A stretch of DNA of 64,000 nt from an uncultured bacterium (GTDB taxonomy: Bacteria; Gemmatimonadota; Gemmatimonadetes; Gemmatimonadales; Gemmatimonadaceae). Position numbers and translations under genes: made by a program. This document shows positions 10,671 through 20,294 of this stretch, piece after piece. The first letter of the stretch is position 1. The number at the start of each line of letters is the position of its first letter. The stretch is taken from positions 1 through 64,000 of the forward strand of contig CAXBQP010000003.1 in NCBI GenBank assembly GCA_963978095.1, read 5' to 3'. The notes beneath the pieces were generated by a model. That model did no database searches and was not told where the DNA came from. It saw only the letters and a list, made by a program, of their open reading frames with translations.

Positions 10671-11666
10671 TTACTTCCCGGCTTTATGTGGAGGCGGCGC
10701 CACCAGCAGGCTCGCCACGGCACCGATCGCCAAGATCGATGCCACTACCCCCAACATGATCAGGTTCTGCCGCTCGCCGAGCTGTTCCGTCAACCAGTCG
10801 GCGAAGATCATTTTGGTGCCGACGAATGCCAGGATCAACGCGAGGCTGACCTTCAGATAGCGGAATTTCTCGATCATCCCCGCCAAGCCGAAGTACAGCG
10901 ACCGGAGGCAGAGGATCGCGAACACATTGCTCGTGAACACCAGGAAGGCGTCGGTCGTGATCGCGAAGATGGCCGGAATGCTGTCGACGGCGAACAGGAG
11001 GTCCGTGGTCTCCACCAGGACCAGCGCCACGAACAATGGGGTGATGACCTTCTTCCCATGCTCGGTGATCACGAAGTGCCGACCATGAAAGCGCTTCGCC
11101 ACCCGGAAGTGCGAGTTCAGCCATCGGACGATCGTCGCTTCCTCCGGTGACTCCTCCTGCTCCTTCGCGAACAGCATCTTGATCGCCGTCACGATCAGGA
11201 ACGCGCCGAACAGGTAGAACACCCAATGCCAGCGCGCCACCAAGGCGGCTCCACCACCGATCATGACGCCGCGCATCACGAGCGCGCCCAGCACCCCCCA
11301 GAACAGCACGCGATGCTGCAGGGTACTCGGGACCTTGAGATGTTCGAAGATCAACGCGATCACGAACACGTTGTCCATCGAGAGACTCATCTCGACGATG
11401 TAGCCCGTGAAGAACTTCACGGCGGCCAGCCGGCCACCGTTATACTGACCATCCACCGCATCCAAGGCGGTGCCGAGTCCCGCCCAGTGGTTCGCGTATC
11501 CTTCGTAGATGAAGCCGCCAAAGGCGACCGCAAGCGCCGCCGTCATGGCGGTGAAGGCCAGCGCTTCCTTCACACTCGGCGCGTGTTCCGTCTTGTTGAA
11601 GACACCAAGATCCAGCGCCAACAGCAGACAGACGAACGCGATGAACCCCACCCACATCAGCAGCAT
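10671..11666 (-). CDS. TerC/Alx family membrane protein
   Basis: LALDLG, EMSLSMDNVFV, QHRVLFWG, ETTDLLFAVDSIPAIF, VFTSNVFAIL motifs; start placed at ATG 11666. Confidence 0.92.
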   Translation of the reverse strand: MLLMWVGFIAFVCLLLALDLGVFNKTEHAPSVKEALAFTAMTAALAVAFGGFIYEGYANHWAGLGTALDAVDGQYNGGRLAAVKFFTGYIVEMSLSMDNVFVIALIFEHLKVPSTLQHRVLFWGVLGALVMRGVMIGGGAALVARWHWVFYLFGAFLIVTAIKMLFAKEQEESPEEATIVRWLNSHFRVAKRFHGRHFVITEHGKKVITPLFVALVLVETTDLLFAVDSIPAIFAITTDAFLVFTSNVFAILCLRSLYFGLAGMIEKFRYLKVSLALILAFVGTKMIFADWLTEQLGERQNLIMLGVVASILAIGAVASLLVAPPPHKAGK

Positions 11667-11671
11667 CGTCG

Positions 11672-12034
11672 CTAGCCTTTGTCTTGAGTGACCCAGTCCT
11701 TCCAGTCCGCTTCCGCGTACCCGATCGTGACCTTGTGTTGCCAGCGCGTGAGCGGCATCACCAGCAGCAGCGGCTCTTCGGTGAGCCATTGCATCCATTT
11801 GGCGTCGTCATAGCGGCCCGCCCCGAGCCCCAACTCGGCGTAGCGCTTGGACGTTTTGTCGATCAGCGCACCAATGCCGAACTTTTGGGTGAAGCGCTGC
11901 AGCTCGCCCTTGCTCGCGGCCTTCTCCTTGAGGTCCACGAAATGGACCTTCACGCGCCGTTCGCTCCAGAACCGGAGTGCCTTGCGGACATCCTGGTTCT
12001 TCTGGGTGCCGAACACCTGAACTTCCACGCGCAT
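11672..12034 (-). CDS. ArsC/Spx/MgsR-family protein
   Basis: 120 aa thioredoxin-like fold pattern (QVFG....DVRKALRF..ERRV...FVDLKEK; EEPLLL.MP); lacks the N-terminal CxxC. Confidence 0.75.
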   Translation of the reverse strand: MRVEVQVFGTQKNQDVRKALRFWSERRVKVHFVDLKEKAASKGELQRFTQKFGIGALIDKTSKRYAELGLGAGRYDDAKWMQWLTEEPLLLVMPLTRWQHKVTIGYAEADWKDWVTQDKG

Positions 12035-12092
12035 TCCTCGTCTGGGGACTCTGTGGCCGTCGGGCTGCTGTTCCGGGTTATAATATCACCCC

Positions 12093-13076
12093 ATGCGCGA
12101 TTTCACCCCGCACCCCTTCCGTCCGGCATGGTGGCTTCCCGGCCCGCACCTCCCCACGGTCTGGGGAAAGTTCGGACGGCATCAGCCTCTCGTCCACGAC
12201 CGGGTTGAGCGCTGGACCACCCCGGACGACGATCACCTGACCATCGCGCGGATGGGGCATGCCCGGCCGGGCGTGCCGCACCTCCTCATCCTGCACGGGC
12301 TGGAAGGAAAGCTCACCGCGAAGTATGCGCACGGCTTGCTGGCGCAGATTCGGGCGATGGGGTGGAGCGGCGACCTCATGCTCTTTCGGAGTTGCGATGG
12401 CGAGCTTAACCGCGCGCGGCGTATGTATCACTCCGGCGAGACCACCGACATTGATTTCGTCGTCCGCCGTTTGATCGCCGATTCCCCCCGCACGCCCCTC
12501 GTCATCGCCGGCGTCTCACTCGGCGGCAACGTCACGCTCAAGTGGCTCGGGGAGCAGGGGAGTGCGGTGCCTGAGCAGGTCGTGGCGGCTGCGGCCGTCA
12601 GTACCCCCTTCGACCTGGCGGCAGGATCCCGGCACTTGGAGCGCGGCTTCGCCCGGCAGTACGTGAAGCACTTCCTGAAGACGCTCACCGCCAAGACGCT
12701 CGCCAAGCTCGAGCAGTACCCCGACCTCTGCGACCGCGAGCGCCTCCTGGCCTGCCGCACCTTCTGGGACTTTGACGACCTGGTGACCGGCCCCGTCCAC
12801 GGGTTCACGGGGGCGGCGGACTATTACACGCGGTCGAGCTCAATCCGGTTCATCGAGCGAATCGCGGTCCCGACCCTGTTATTGAATGCGATGGATGATC
12901 CGTTCTTGCCGGCGGAGGTGCTGGAGCAGGTCCGGGGGATCGCGGCGCGCAATGGAATGCTGCGCCCGCACTTCACGGAGCGCGGAGGGCATGTGGGGTG
13001 GGTCGAGGGTTTGCCAATTTCTCAACGTTTCTACATGGAGAGCACGCTCGCGCAGTGGTTTGCATGCTGTTTTTAG
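12093..13076 (+). CDS. YheT-family alpha/beta hydrolase
   Basis: PHLPT, LHGLEG, YHSGETTD, GVSLGGN nucleophile elbow, NAMDDPF, GGHVGW. Confidence 0.9.
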   Translation: MRDFTPHPFRPAWWLPGPHLPTVWGKFGRHQPLVHDRVERWTTPDDDHLTIARMGHARPGVPHLLILHGLEGKLTAKYAHGLLAQIRAMGWSGDLMLFRSCDGELNRARRMYHSGETTDIDFVVRRLIADSPRTPLVIAGVSLGGNVTLKWLGEQGSAVPEQVVAAAAVSTPFDLAAGSRHLERGFARQYVKHFLKTLTAKTLAKLEQYPDLCDRERLLACRTFWDFDDLVTGPVHGFTGAADYYTRSSSIRFIERIAVPTLLLNAMDDPFLPAEVLEQVRGIAARNGMLRPHFTERGGHVGWVEGLPISQRFYMESTLAQWFACCF

Positions 13077-13211
13077 TCATTTCCGCAGGATTTGATTCGT
13101 TTATCTACTGTTTTTACAATAAATGATTACGGAGAGCGCAAAAACCCTCAAAGGAATGCTACAGATTCTAGAATAATCAGTGTAGTTAGAAAAATGATTT
13201 ACCGGATCAAC

Positions 13212-13244
13212 TGGATATAAATAACTATTTTTAGTATAGTTATT
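13212..13244 (+). promoter_or_regulatory. Putative promoter with overlapping inverted-repeat operator
   Basis: TGGATA(13212-17)-N17-TATAGT(13235-40), 7 nt before ATG 13248; 9-bp inverted repeat AATAACTAT(13220-28)/ATAGTTATT(13236-44) inside a ~170-bp AT-rich spacer. Confidence 0.6.
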
Positions 13245-13247
13245 CAA

Positions 13248-13919
13248 ATGCTATCCGATCTCGTCATTTCCACCGCCGCTGGTTCGTCGATCTCCTGGCT
13301 CTACAACGCCAGCCGGATCCTTCATCGCGATATTGCGCGCACCCCGGACGATACCCGCTGGTGGCGGTTGGTCCGGCTCATCCACGCAGACCTCGGCCTC
13401 CCCCTCCAAGCAGCCGCAAAAATCGCCGACGCCACCTTGAACGGACTCAGCCCCACCAAAGTCCGGCTCAACGCGACAGTCGATGGCTCGATTGCCATCC
13501 AGTTGGACATGGATCGATTCCTCTCATCCACGAGCGCCGCCCTTAGCGCCGCTCGCAATTTTTCGGTACCCGCCCCGCGCGGACGACCCCCAAAAACACC
13601 CCGCCAAGCCCCGAACGGTGTTGCATCCATACCTGAGGGTACCAAAATCCCGACCGTTCGCCTTGGAGCATTTGAAGCGCATGGCGCGGATGTCGCCATT
13701 CTGCTGAGCTCAAAACAGGGAATCCTCACCGGAATGTACGATCCCGCCCCCAAGAACCTCGAGCGCGTGGCAGCAGCCCTCACGTCACTCGGTGCAAGAC
13801 ATCGCGGGATACCGGACAGCTGGCCAAACACGATCGACGCCATCACCCTGCGTGCGGTGCCGAGTTTGGCCCTCAATACCAGCGACGGGCCACTCGACCT
13901 GATCCCACGCACCGACTGA
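13248..13919 (+). CDS. Hypothetical protein: putative DNA-binding N-terminus, AT-hook-like RGRPPK, degenerate nucleotidyltransferase-like C-terminus
   Basis: C-terminal NLERVAAALTSLGARHRGIP....DAITL......LNTSDGPLDLIP resembles small nucleotidyltransferases but lacks the GG..A/DxD catalytic segment. Confidence 0.55.
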   Translation: MLSDLVISTAAGSSISWLYNASRILHRDIARTPDDTRWWRLVRLIHADLGLPLQAAAKIADATLNGLSPTKVRLNATVDGSIAIQLDMDRFLSSTSAALSAARNFSVPAPRGRPPKTPRQAPNGVASIPEGTKIPTVRLGAFEAHGADVAILLSSKQGILTGMYDPAPKNLERVAAALTSLGARHRGIPDSWPNTIDAITLRAVPSLALNTSDGPLDLIPRTD

Positions 13920-13926
13920 CCGATGA

Positions 13927-13964
13927 ACACGAAGGGGCGCACCGGCTGGTGCGCCCCTTCGTGT
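13927..13964. terminator. Perfect 17-bp hairpin between convergent genes
   Basis: ACACGAAGGGGCGCACC-ggct-GGTGCGCCCCTTCGTGT; no clear U-tract. Confidence 0.7.
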
Positions 13965-13978
13965 ATCCCAGCACCCAC

Positions 13979-16771
13979 TCAGTTCTTGGCTTTCTTGGCG
14001 GCGGATCTCTCCGTCGCCTTTTCCTTGTCGATGACCCTCTCCCGCCGCTCCTCATCCGGGATATCCACGGAGTACGGCGAGAACAGTGATTGCTTCACTC
14101 CGGGGTACTTTGTCCCCCACCCCTTGGCTTCATGCCAGAGAATTCGGTTGAGCAGATCCGACGGCGCCTCATCCGGCTCACTGAAATCCATCTTCGCACT
14201 CGCCACAGCCGCCGCCCGACGCTCCTTCGCATACGGCCCCGTGATCGCCCCGAGCTTCACATTCACATCATACAAGGACTGCTTGGGAACCAGCGCCGAG
14301 TACGGCGTGAAGTCCGGCTTCTCCCCAGGCCGAATGAACGAGGCCCGCATGTCCGTCGCCACCAAGTCGAACATGCTCATCGCCGGCAACCCCAGCATCA
14401 ACTCCACCGTCTTCACCATGCTCGGCTGACTATAGAACGTCGAGTCAATGGAACCGCGCCTGGTGTACGGAGAGATCGCCAGAGCAACAGTCCGGTGCCC
14501 ATCAATATGATCCACACCGTTCTGCGCGTCGTCCTCCACCACGAAGATCGCCATGTCCTTCCAGAAGCTGCTCTTCGTCAGCGCTTCCACCATCGTCCCC
14601 AACGCCAGGTCATTATCCGCCTGATGCGACGCCGGCGTGCTCCGCCCGGCCGCCGTGCCATCCGTGTGATCGCTCGGCAGGATCACCATCACCAAATTCG
14701 GCATCGCCTTCTTGCCCTCCCACTCCTTCACATGCTCCGTGAAGATGTCGGCCTTCACCACGTCGGGCACATCCTGCGTCCAGCTCGGGTACTCGCGCAC
14801 CAATGTTCGATCGAGTGACGCGATCGGTGAGATGGTGTTGTACTCCTGGCCCACCATCGCACGGAAGTACGCGGGATCGTGCGGCTGCCGGTCGCGCCAC
14901 TCGGCCAGATACTTCTGCCGCACCGCGGGCTCGCGGTCCTTGGGGGGCGGCGCATACTCGCCGAAGATCGTCACCTTCTTTCCTTTCGCCTGCGCCCCCT
15001 CCCACAAGAATCCGCCGCTCGAGTACGCCAGCGCATCGCGACCCTCGCTCGGATAGCTGCGGCCATAGTACAGCGGCCACATCGGATATTCGGTCTCGTT
15101 CGCGCTCACGATCCACTGATGCCCGTCGGCGCTGTTGCCGCCGGAGGCGAAGAAGTGGTCGAGCAAGACATACTGCTCCGCCAACGCATGCGTGTTGGGC
15201 GTGACGTCGCGCCCGTACATCGCCAAGCTGGAATCGCTCGCTCCCTTCCCGATGTCGCCGAGCACCTGGTCGTAGGTGCGGTTCTCCTTCACGATGAACA
15301 CCACGTGATTGATCAGGCTGGCCTCGCCCGGACGCTCCGGTACCGCGCGCGGGCTCGCCGTGGCGCGCACGGCAAGCGCACGATCCGGTTGCGACAGAAG
15401 CGTCAGACGATTGTTCTGCGCGACACTCGTCGTGTAGGCCGTGAGTTCGGCGTCCGTCGGCACCGGGATGACATTCACGGACCCCCGTACCGAGTGCACG
15501 AAACCGGCGGTCTTGCCGGGGTGGCCACTCGTGCGTCCGTCGCCAGAGCCCACACCAAGCAAGGTGCCGACCGCGATCATCGTGCCGTCGCCACTGATAT
15601 CAATGCTCGCCGGATACCATCCGGTCGGGATGAGCCCCTTGAACACCCCGTACTTGAGCCCCATCGTCGCTGACACATCGTACACCCCAACGGCATTCAA
15701 ACCGCCAAGCGTGACATAGAGCCTGTTGAAGTCGGGGGAGAGCGCAACGGCCGTCGGCGCGTAGCCGATCTTCCGCTCACGAAAGGGAGCGATCTCGATC
15801 ACACCGGCGAGCGTGTTGCTCCGCGTGTCGATCACGCTCACGGCATCGCTGTTCCCGTTGGCGACGTAGAGGCGGCTCCGCTTCTCGTCCCACACGAGAC
15901 CACTCGGATGACGCCCCACGATGATGTTGGCGGTGATCGTCCCCGTGGTCAGATCGATCCGAGCGATCGTCCCAGGCTGCGCAATACCACGCGTGTCCAC
16001 GCGCACATCCTCGGCCAGCGGGTCGCAGCACTGCTTGGTCGCGAGCTCCCCCGGCTTCGGCTTAGGGCCGCCGAACACCGATACATACGCCACCGTCCCT
16101 GCTTCGTTGATCACGGCCGCGATTGGCAGCACCCCCATGTCAATCGTCGAAAGCTGCTTGCCGGTTTCGGCGTCGAGCACCGCCAGTTGGTCATTCGCGG
16201 GGAGTGGAAGAACCGCCAGCCGCTTTCCGTTGGCGCCGGCACGGCGCGCCACCGCTGGCGCACCTGACATGAACTCACCAAGCTGTCCCGACACCGCGGC
16301 CACCACGACGCTGTCCCCACCCCCCGCTGCGGCCGGAACAATCCCCCCGCGATCGTAAAAGAAGAGTTGGGAGAAACTCTTGGCGCGCGCGAGCGGTGGT
16401 CCCCCGGGAAGCCGACTCTGCGCCACCGCATCCGGCAGTCGCCCAACCGTGGACACCAGCACACGCCCCAGGACGGGGTCGACCGTTACCCCATGGACGC
16501 CAGGACGACCGTCAAACGTGGCTTTTGCCACGACGCGGTTGTCGCGCCACGACATACGCCACACCGCGCTCTGCGCCCCAATCCAGATCTCGTCCGACCG
16601 TTCACCAAAGCGTACGCCGCCGACACGATCGTTGAAAACGGTTTGGACGCCGGCTGGTGTCACACGCTGGTTCGTCGCAATCACCCCGGGTTTTGCAACA
16701 TCACGCTGCGGGGCAGGAGCTTGCACCTGGAGCGCAAACAGCAGGGCAGGGGTCAGCACGGTCGCGATCAT
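13979..16771 (-). CDS. YncE/YVTN beta-propeller fused to phosphoesterase (alkaline phosphatase-like) domain
   Basis: Signal peptide from ATG 16771; LYVANGNSDAVSVIDT repeats; KENRTYDQVLGD, SADGHQW, EDDAQNGVDHIDGHR motifs. Confidence 0.88.
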   Translation of the reverse strand: MIATVLTPALLFALQVQAPAPQRDVAKPGVIATNQRVTPAGVQTVFNDRVGGVRFGERSDEIWIGAQSAVWRMSWRDNRVVAKATFDGRPGVHGVTVDPVLGRVLVSTVGRLPDAVAQSRLPGGPPLARAKSFSQLFFYDRGGIVPAAAGGGDSVVVAAVSGQLGEFMSGAPAVARRAGANGKRLAVLPLPANDQLAVLDAETGKQLSTIDMGVLPIAAVINEAGTVAYVSVFGGPKPKPGELATKQCCDPLAEDVRVDTRGIAQPGTIARIDLTTGTITANIIVGRHPSGLVWDEKRSRLYVANGNSDAVSVIDTRSNTLAGVIEIAPFRERKIGYAPTAVALSPDFNRLYVTLGGLNAVGVYDVSATMGLKYGVFKGLIPTGWYPASIDISGDGTMIAVGTLLGVGSGDGRTSGHPGKTAGFVHSVRGSVNVIPVPTDAELTAYTTSVAQNNRLTLLSQPDRALAVRATASPRAVPERPGEASLINHVVFIVKENRTYDQVLGDIGKGASDSSLAMYGRDVTPNTHALAEQYVLLDHFFASGGNSADGHQWIVSANETEYPMWPLYYGRSYPSEGRDALAYSSGGFLWEGAQAKGKKVTIFGEYAPPPKDREPAVRQKYLAEWRDRQPHDPAYFRAMVGQEYNTISPIASLDRTLVREYPSWTQDVPDVVKADIFTEHVKEWEGKKAMPNLVMVILPSDHTDGTAAGRSTPASHQADNDLALGTMVEALTKSSFWKDMAIFVVEDDAQNGVDHIDGHRTVALAISPYTRRGSIDSTFYSQPSMVKTVELMLGLPAMSMFDLVATDMRASFIRPGEKPDFTPYSALVPKQSLYDVNVKLGAITGPYAKERRAAAVASAKMDFSEPDEAPSDLLNRILWHEAKGWGTKYPGVKQSLFSPYSVDIPDEERRERVIDKEKATERSAAKKAKN

Positions 16772-16946
16772 TTGTATAGATGTGAGTGTTGGAGAAGAGC
16801 CTACGCTACGTGCCGTTGGCGTCCTTTGCAAGCAACAATTCGGTATCGGTGCCGATGACGTCCCTTGGGCGCGAATGTCTCCCCCTCGCGACTACAGACA
16901 CGTCAACGTAGTATACACGCAATCACCAACCCCATTGAGGGATCTC

Positions 16947-17939
16947 ATGCTGCGTCGCGTCACCATTCTTTCTGTCACGATGTTCCTCGCAGCCTGCTCG
17001 GTGCAGCAGTGGCGGTCGTCCCGCGCCTCGGTGATGGACGAGCATATGTCGCACATGACGGTCGCCGACATCAAAGCCACACCATCGGCCAATCGTCACA
17101 CCGCGGATTGGCAAGGCGTGCCGGGGCTTCCGCCGAGCAACAACGCCGCGGCGGCACGCATTCAAGCGAGCCCGCGTCACGCCGAATGGGTGAAGATCGC
17201 GTGGGCCCCTGGCTCCAAGGACTCGCTCATGGCGTGGATCGTCTACCCCGTGAGCAGCAAGAAGGCGCCGGTCGTCGTGGTGGTGCACGAGATCTATGGA
17301 TTGTCGACGTGGGTGCGTGGCGTTGCCGACCAGGTCGCGGCCGAAGGGTTCATTGCCATCGCGCCCGATCTGAACTCGCGCGTTCGCGGCGGACCGTCGA
17401 CCGATGAGCTCACGCGCGACTCGTCGCAGAAGATCATTCGTGGGGTGCCGAACGCCGACAAGGATGCGGGGGTTCTCGCCGCGGCCAACTACGCGATGTC
17501 ACAGCCTGCCGCCGAGAAGAAGTACGGGGTGGTGGGGTATTGCTGGGGCGGTTCGGTGGCGTTCAATCATGCCGTGTTCAACGGCAAGGGACACGCCGCG
17601 TCAGTGGCGTATTATGGACTTCCGTATACCGGTCCGAATCCCGCGGATCCGACCAAGCAGATTCCGGCGGTCGACTCGCTCAGGAAGATCCAGGTCCCGG
17701 TGATGCTGCTCAGCGGCACCGGCGACGCCCGCATCACGGCGGCGATGCCGGATCTCGAGGCGTCCATGAAGGCGCTGGGCAAGACATACGAATCGACCAA
17801 CTATCAGGGGGCGATCCACGGATTCCTCCGTGCGCAGGATGACACCCCGGATGCCACGGGGCAGGCGAATCTGGTCGCGACCAAGGATGCGTGGCCCAAG
17901 ACGATCGCATTCTTCAAGAAGCATCTTGGCGTGAAGTAG
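16947..17939 (+). CDS. Dienelactone hydrolase family lipoprotein
   Basis: GAGG RBS then ATG 16947; lipobox LAAC; VHEIYGL, IAPDL, GYCWGG, AIHGF triad motifs. Confidence 0.9.
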   Translation: MLRRVTILSVTMFLAACSVQQWRSSRASVMDEHMSHMTVADIKATPSANRHTADWQGVPGLPPSNNAAAARIQASPRHAEWVKIAWAPGSKDSLMAWIVYPVSSKKAPVVVVVHEIYGLSTWVRGVADQVAAEGFIAIAPDLNSRVRGGPSTDELTRDSSQKIIRGVPNADKDAGVLAAANYAMSQPAAEKKYGVVGYCWGGSVAFNHAVFNGKGHAASVAYYGLPYTGPNPADPTKQIPAVDSLRKIQVPVMLLSGTGDARITAAMPDLEASMKALGKTYESTNYQGAIHGFLRAQDDTPDATGQANLVATKDAWPKTIAFFKKHLGVK

Positions 17940-17955
17940 ATCGTTCGGCGCCACA

Positions 17956-17989
17956 AAAAGGCCGACACCTCAACGGGTGTCGGCCTTTT
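17956..17989. terminator. Bidirectional intrinsic terminator
   Basis: AAAAGGCCGACACC-tcaacg-GGTGTCGGCCTTTT between convergent genes. Confidence 0.85.
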
Positions 17990-18018
17990 CTTCGGCACAA
18001 GGCAGCGTCAGGGCGGAG

Positions 18019-18309
18019 CTACCCGTCGTTCGACATTCCGAAGAGGGCCAACCACTCCGGCCAGTTGCCGGGCATCTCGAAGAAATCGTCGAAGAACACC
18101 AATCCGGCCTTCTCGAACGCCTCGACCAGCGCCGCCAGGCCGTCGTCGTCAAAGACCGGACCGATGGCGACAAGATCCTTTTCGACGCGGAATTCGTTGT
18201 CCGTCAGGGTCAGCGCTTGGTCGATCTGGACCCGAGTCAGCCCGGACCGCTCAAAGGCACTTTTGCGCACCAACAGGGTGGTGGCGCTGGAAGACAGTGG
18301 AAGTGGCAT
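18019..18309 (-). CDS. Small acidic hypothetical protein (96 aa)
   Basis: ORF MPLPLSSSAT...GNWPEWLALFGMSNDG fills the gap between terminator and mnmG; TATCCT box 6 nt before ATG. Confidence 0.7.
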   Translation of the reverse strand: MPLPLSSSATTLLVRKSAFERSGLTRVQIDQALTLTDNEFRVEKDLVAIGPVFDDDGLAALVEAFEKAGLVFFDDFFEMPGNWPEWLALFGMSNDG

Positions 18310-18332
18310 GCAGGCAGGATACCTTTGAAGGA

Positions 18333-20294
18333 ATGACCAGAGCAAGGGTTGCGCTGAACGCGGGGAATCCCTCGGAGCACTCGGTGGAATCGGTGTACGA
18401 CGTGATCGTCGTGGGTGGCGGGCACGCCGGCGCCGAGGCCGCCGTGGCCGCCGCACGCGCCATCGGCAACGGGGCGCGAGTCGCCCTGGTCACCAGCTCG
18501 GTCGAGACCATCGGGCAGATGTCGTGCAATCCCGCGATCGGCGGAGTGGCCAAAGGAACCGTCGTACGCGAAATCGACGCCCTGGGCGGCATCATGGGAC
18601 GCGCCATCGATCGCGCGACCATCCAGTTCCGGATGCTCAACCGCGGCAAGGGGCCGGCCGTGTGGGCCCCGCGTGCACAGGCTGACCGTGGCTTGTATCG
18701 ACGCGCCGTGCGCGCACTCCTGGAGCAACATCCGGGGGTCGCCCTGGTGCAAGGCACCGTGCGCCAACTCATATTCGCCCCCGGCGATCCCGCCGTGCGC
18801 GGCGTCGAAACCATGGAAGGGCGGCGGTTCGGCGCGCGCGCAGTGGTCATCACCACGGGCACCTTCCTCCGCGGCCGCATTCACATTGGCACCGACACGG
18901 CGCTCGCCGGCGGACGCGCGGGCGAACAGAGCACCACGCACCTGGCCGAACAACTCGCGGAGGTCGGGCTCACGGTCGAGCGGTTCAAGACGGGAACGCC
19001 GCCGCGCATCGACGGCCGTTCAGTGGACTACTCGGCACTCGAACGCCAGGAGTCCGAGCTCGCGGATTTCGATTATCGCTGGTCGGCACTCGACGCGGAA
19101 CAGCCGGCGCGACTCGAGCAGGTCCCCTGTTGGATCGCGTTCGCCGACACGCCCACCAAACAGATCGTCGCCGATCACATCAACGAATCCGCGATGTACG
19201 GCGGAGCGATCGGCGCGCGTGGGCCCCGCTACTGCCCGAGCATCGAGGACAAGATCGTCCGGTTCCCGGATGCCGAACGGCATCAACTCTTCCTGGAGCC
19301 GGAAGGGCTCGACACGCACGAGTTGTACGTCAACGGACTCTCCACGTCGTTGCCCGCACCGGTGCAGATCGACATGCTGCGCTCCGTGCGCGGACTCGAG
19401 CGGGTGGAGATGACGCGTGCCGGCTACGCGATCGAGTACGACTATTATCCGCCCACGCAGTTGCATCCCTGGCTCGAGGTTCGCGCCATCGAGGGATTGT
19501 TCCTCGCCGGACAGATCAACGGCACCACGGGCTACGAAGAAGCGGGAGGGCAGGGAACGCTCGCCGGACTCAACGCCGGGCTCCGTGCGCGCGATCGTGC
19601 GCCGCTTGTGCTCGGCCGCGAGCGTTCGTACATCGGTGTGCTGGTGGACGACCTCGTGACGCGCGGCGTGGACGAACCCTACCGACTCTTCACGTCGCGC
19701 TCCGAGTTCCGTCTCACGGTGCGGCAAGACAACGCGCTGCACCGCCTGGCGCCGATCGGTCTGGCGCACGGGATTTTTGGTGACGTCGAGCGGGCACGCA
19801 TCGACGCGCGGGCCACGGAGTATGAGCGTCTTTGGCAGGTCGCGCGTGAGACCAGTGCGCGCCCGGACTTGGTCGATCCCCTCGTCACCGCGGCAGGGGG
19901 CTCCCCGTTGGCGCACGCGGTCCGTGTCGTGGAACTCGCGAAGCGCAACGGCATGTCACTCGATCAGATACTGGCGGCCACCGGCGTCGCCGAGCCGTTC
20001 TCGCGCGACGAGCTCACCACGGTGGATCTCGAAATCAAGTATTCCGGCTACTTCGAGAAGGAGCGCCTCGCGGCCGACCGCCTCGCGCGGATGGCTGACC
20101 TGCCTCTCCCGGTCGACGCGCCTTATGCGCAGATGAAGACGCTCTCCATGGAGTCGCGGCAGAAGCTGGCGGCACGTCGGCCGCAGACGCTCGCACAAGC
20201 GTCGAGTATTCCGGGCGTCCGGCCAGCGGATCTGCAGAATCTGGTCCTGGAGATCGAGCGACTGCGACCGTCCGAGGCAACGCCCACCGAGTGA
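18333..20294 (+). CDS. mnmG: tRNA uridine-5-carboxymethylaminomethyl(34) synthesis enzyme MnmG (GidA)
   Basis: DVIVVGGGHAG, MSCNPAIGG, RFKTGTPPR, GPRYCPSIEDK, AGQINGTTGYEEA. Confidence 0.97.
   Translation: MTRARVALNAGNPSEHSVESVYDVIVVGGGHAGAEAAVAAARAIGNGARVALVTSSVETIGQMSCNPAIGGVAKGTVVREIDALGGIMGRAIDRATIQFRMLNRGKGPAVWAPRAQADRGLYRRAVRALLEQHPGVALVQGTVRQLIFAPGDPAVRGVETMEGRRFGARAVVITTGTFLRGRIHIGTDTALAGGRAGEQSTTHLAEQLAEVGLTVERFKTGTPPRIDGRSVDYSALERQESELADFDYRWSALDAEQPARLEQVPCWIAFADTPTKQIVADHINESAMYGGAIGARGPRYCPSIEDKIVRFPDAERHQLFLEPEGLDTHELYVNGLSTSLPAPVQIDMLRSVRGLERVEMTRAGYAIEYDYYPPTQLHPWLEVRAIEGLFLAGQINGTTGYEEAGGQGTLAGLNAGLRARDRAPLVLGRERSYIGVLVDDLVTRGVDEPYRLFTSRSEFRLTVRQDNALHRLAPIGLAHGIFGDVERARIDARATEYERLWQVARETSARPDLVDPLVTAAGGSPLAHAVRVVELAKRNGMSLDQILAATGVAEPFSRDELTTVDLEIKYSGYFEKERLAADRLARMADLPLPVDAPYAQMKTLSMESRQKLAARRPQTLAQASSIPGVRPADLQNLVLEIERLRPSEATPTE

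Noticed and set aside
7194..11150. 1318-aa plus-strand ORF and similar long antisense or alternate-frame ORFs (e.g. 819-2162, 21008-22498, 28131-29609, 47525-48916)
   Set aside because: Shadow frames of well-supported genes in high-GC DNA; Arg/His/Pro-rich with no recognisable motifs.
11666..11800. yybP-ykoY riboswitch or long N-terminal extension for the TerC gene
   Set aside because: The upstream sequence is the coding end of the ArsC-like gene, leaving only 5 nt of spacer.
13077..13247. AT-rich region as an alternative oriC or dif site
   Set aside because: No DnaA boxes or trios and no XerC/XerD consensus; better explained as a promoter/operator.
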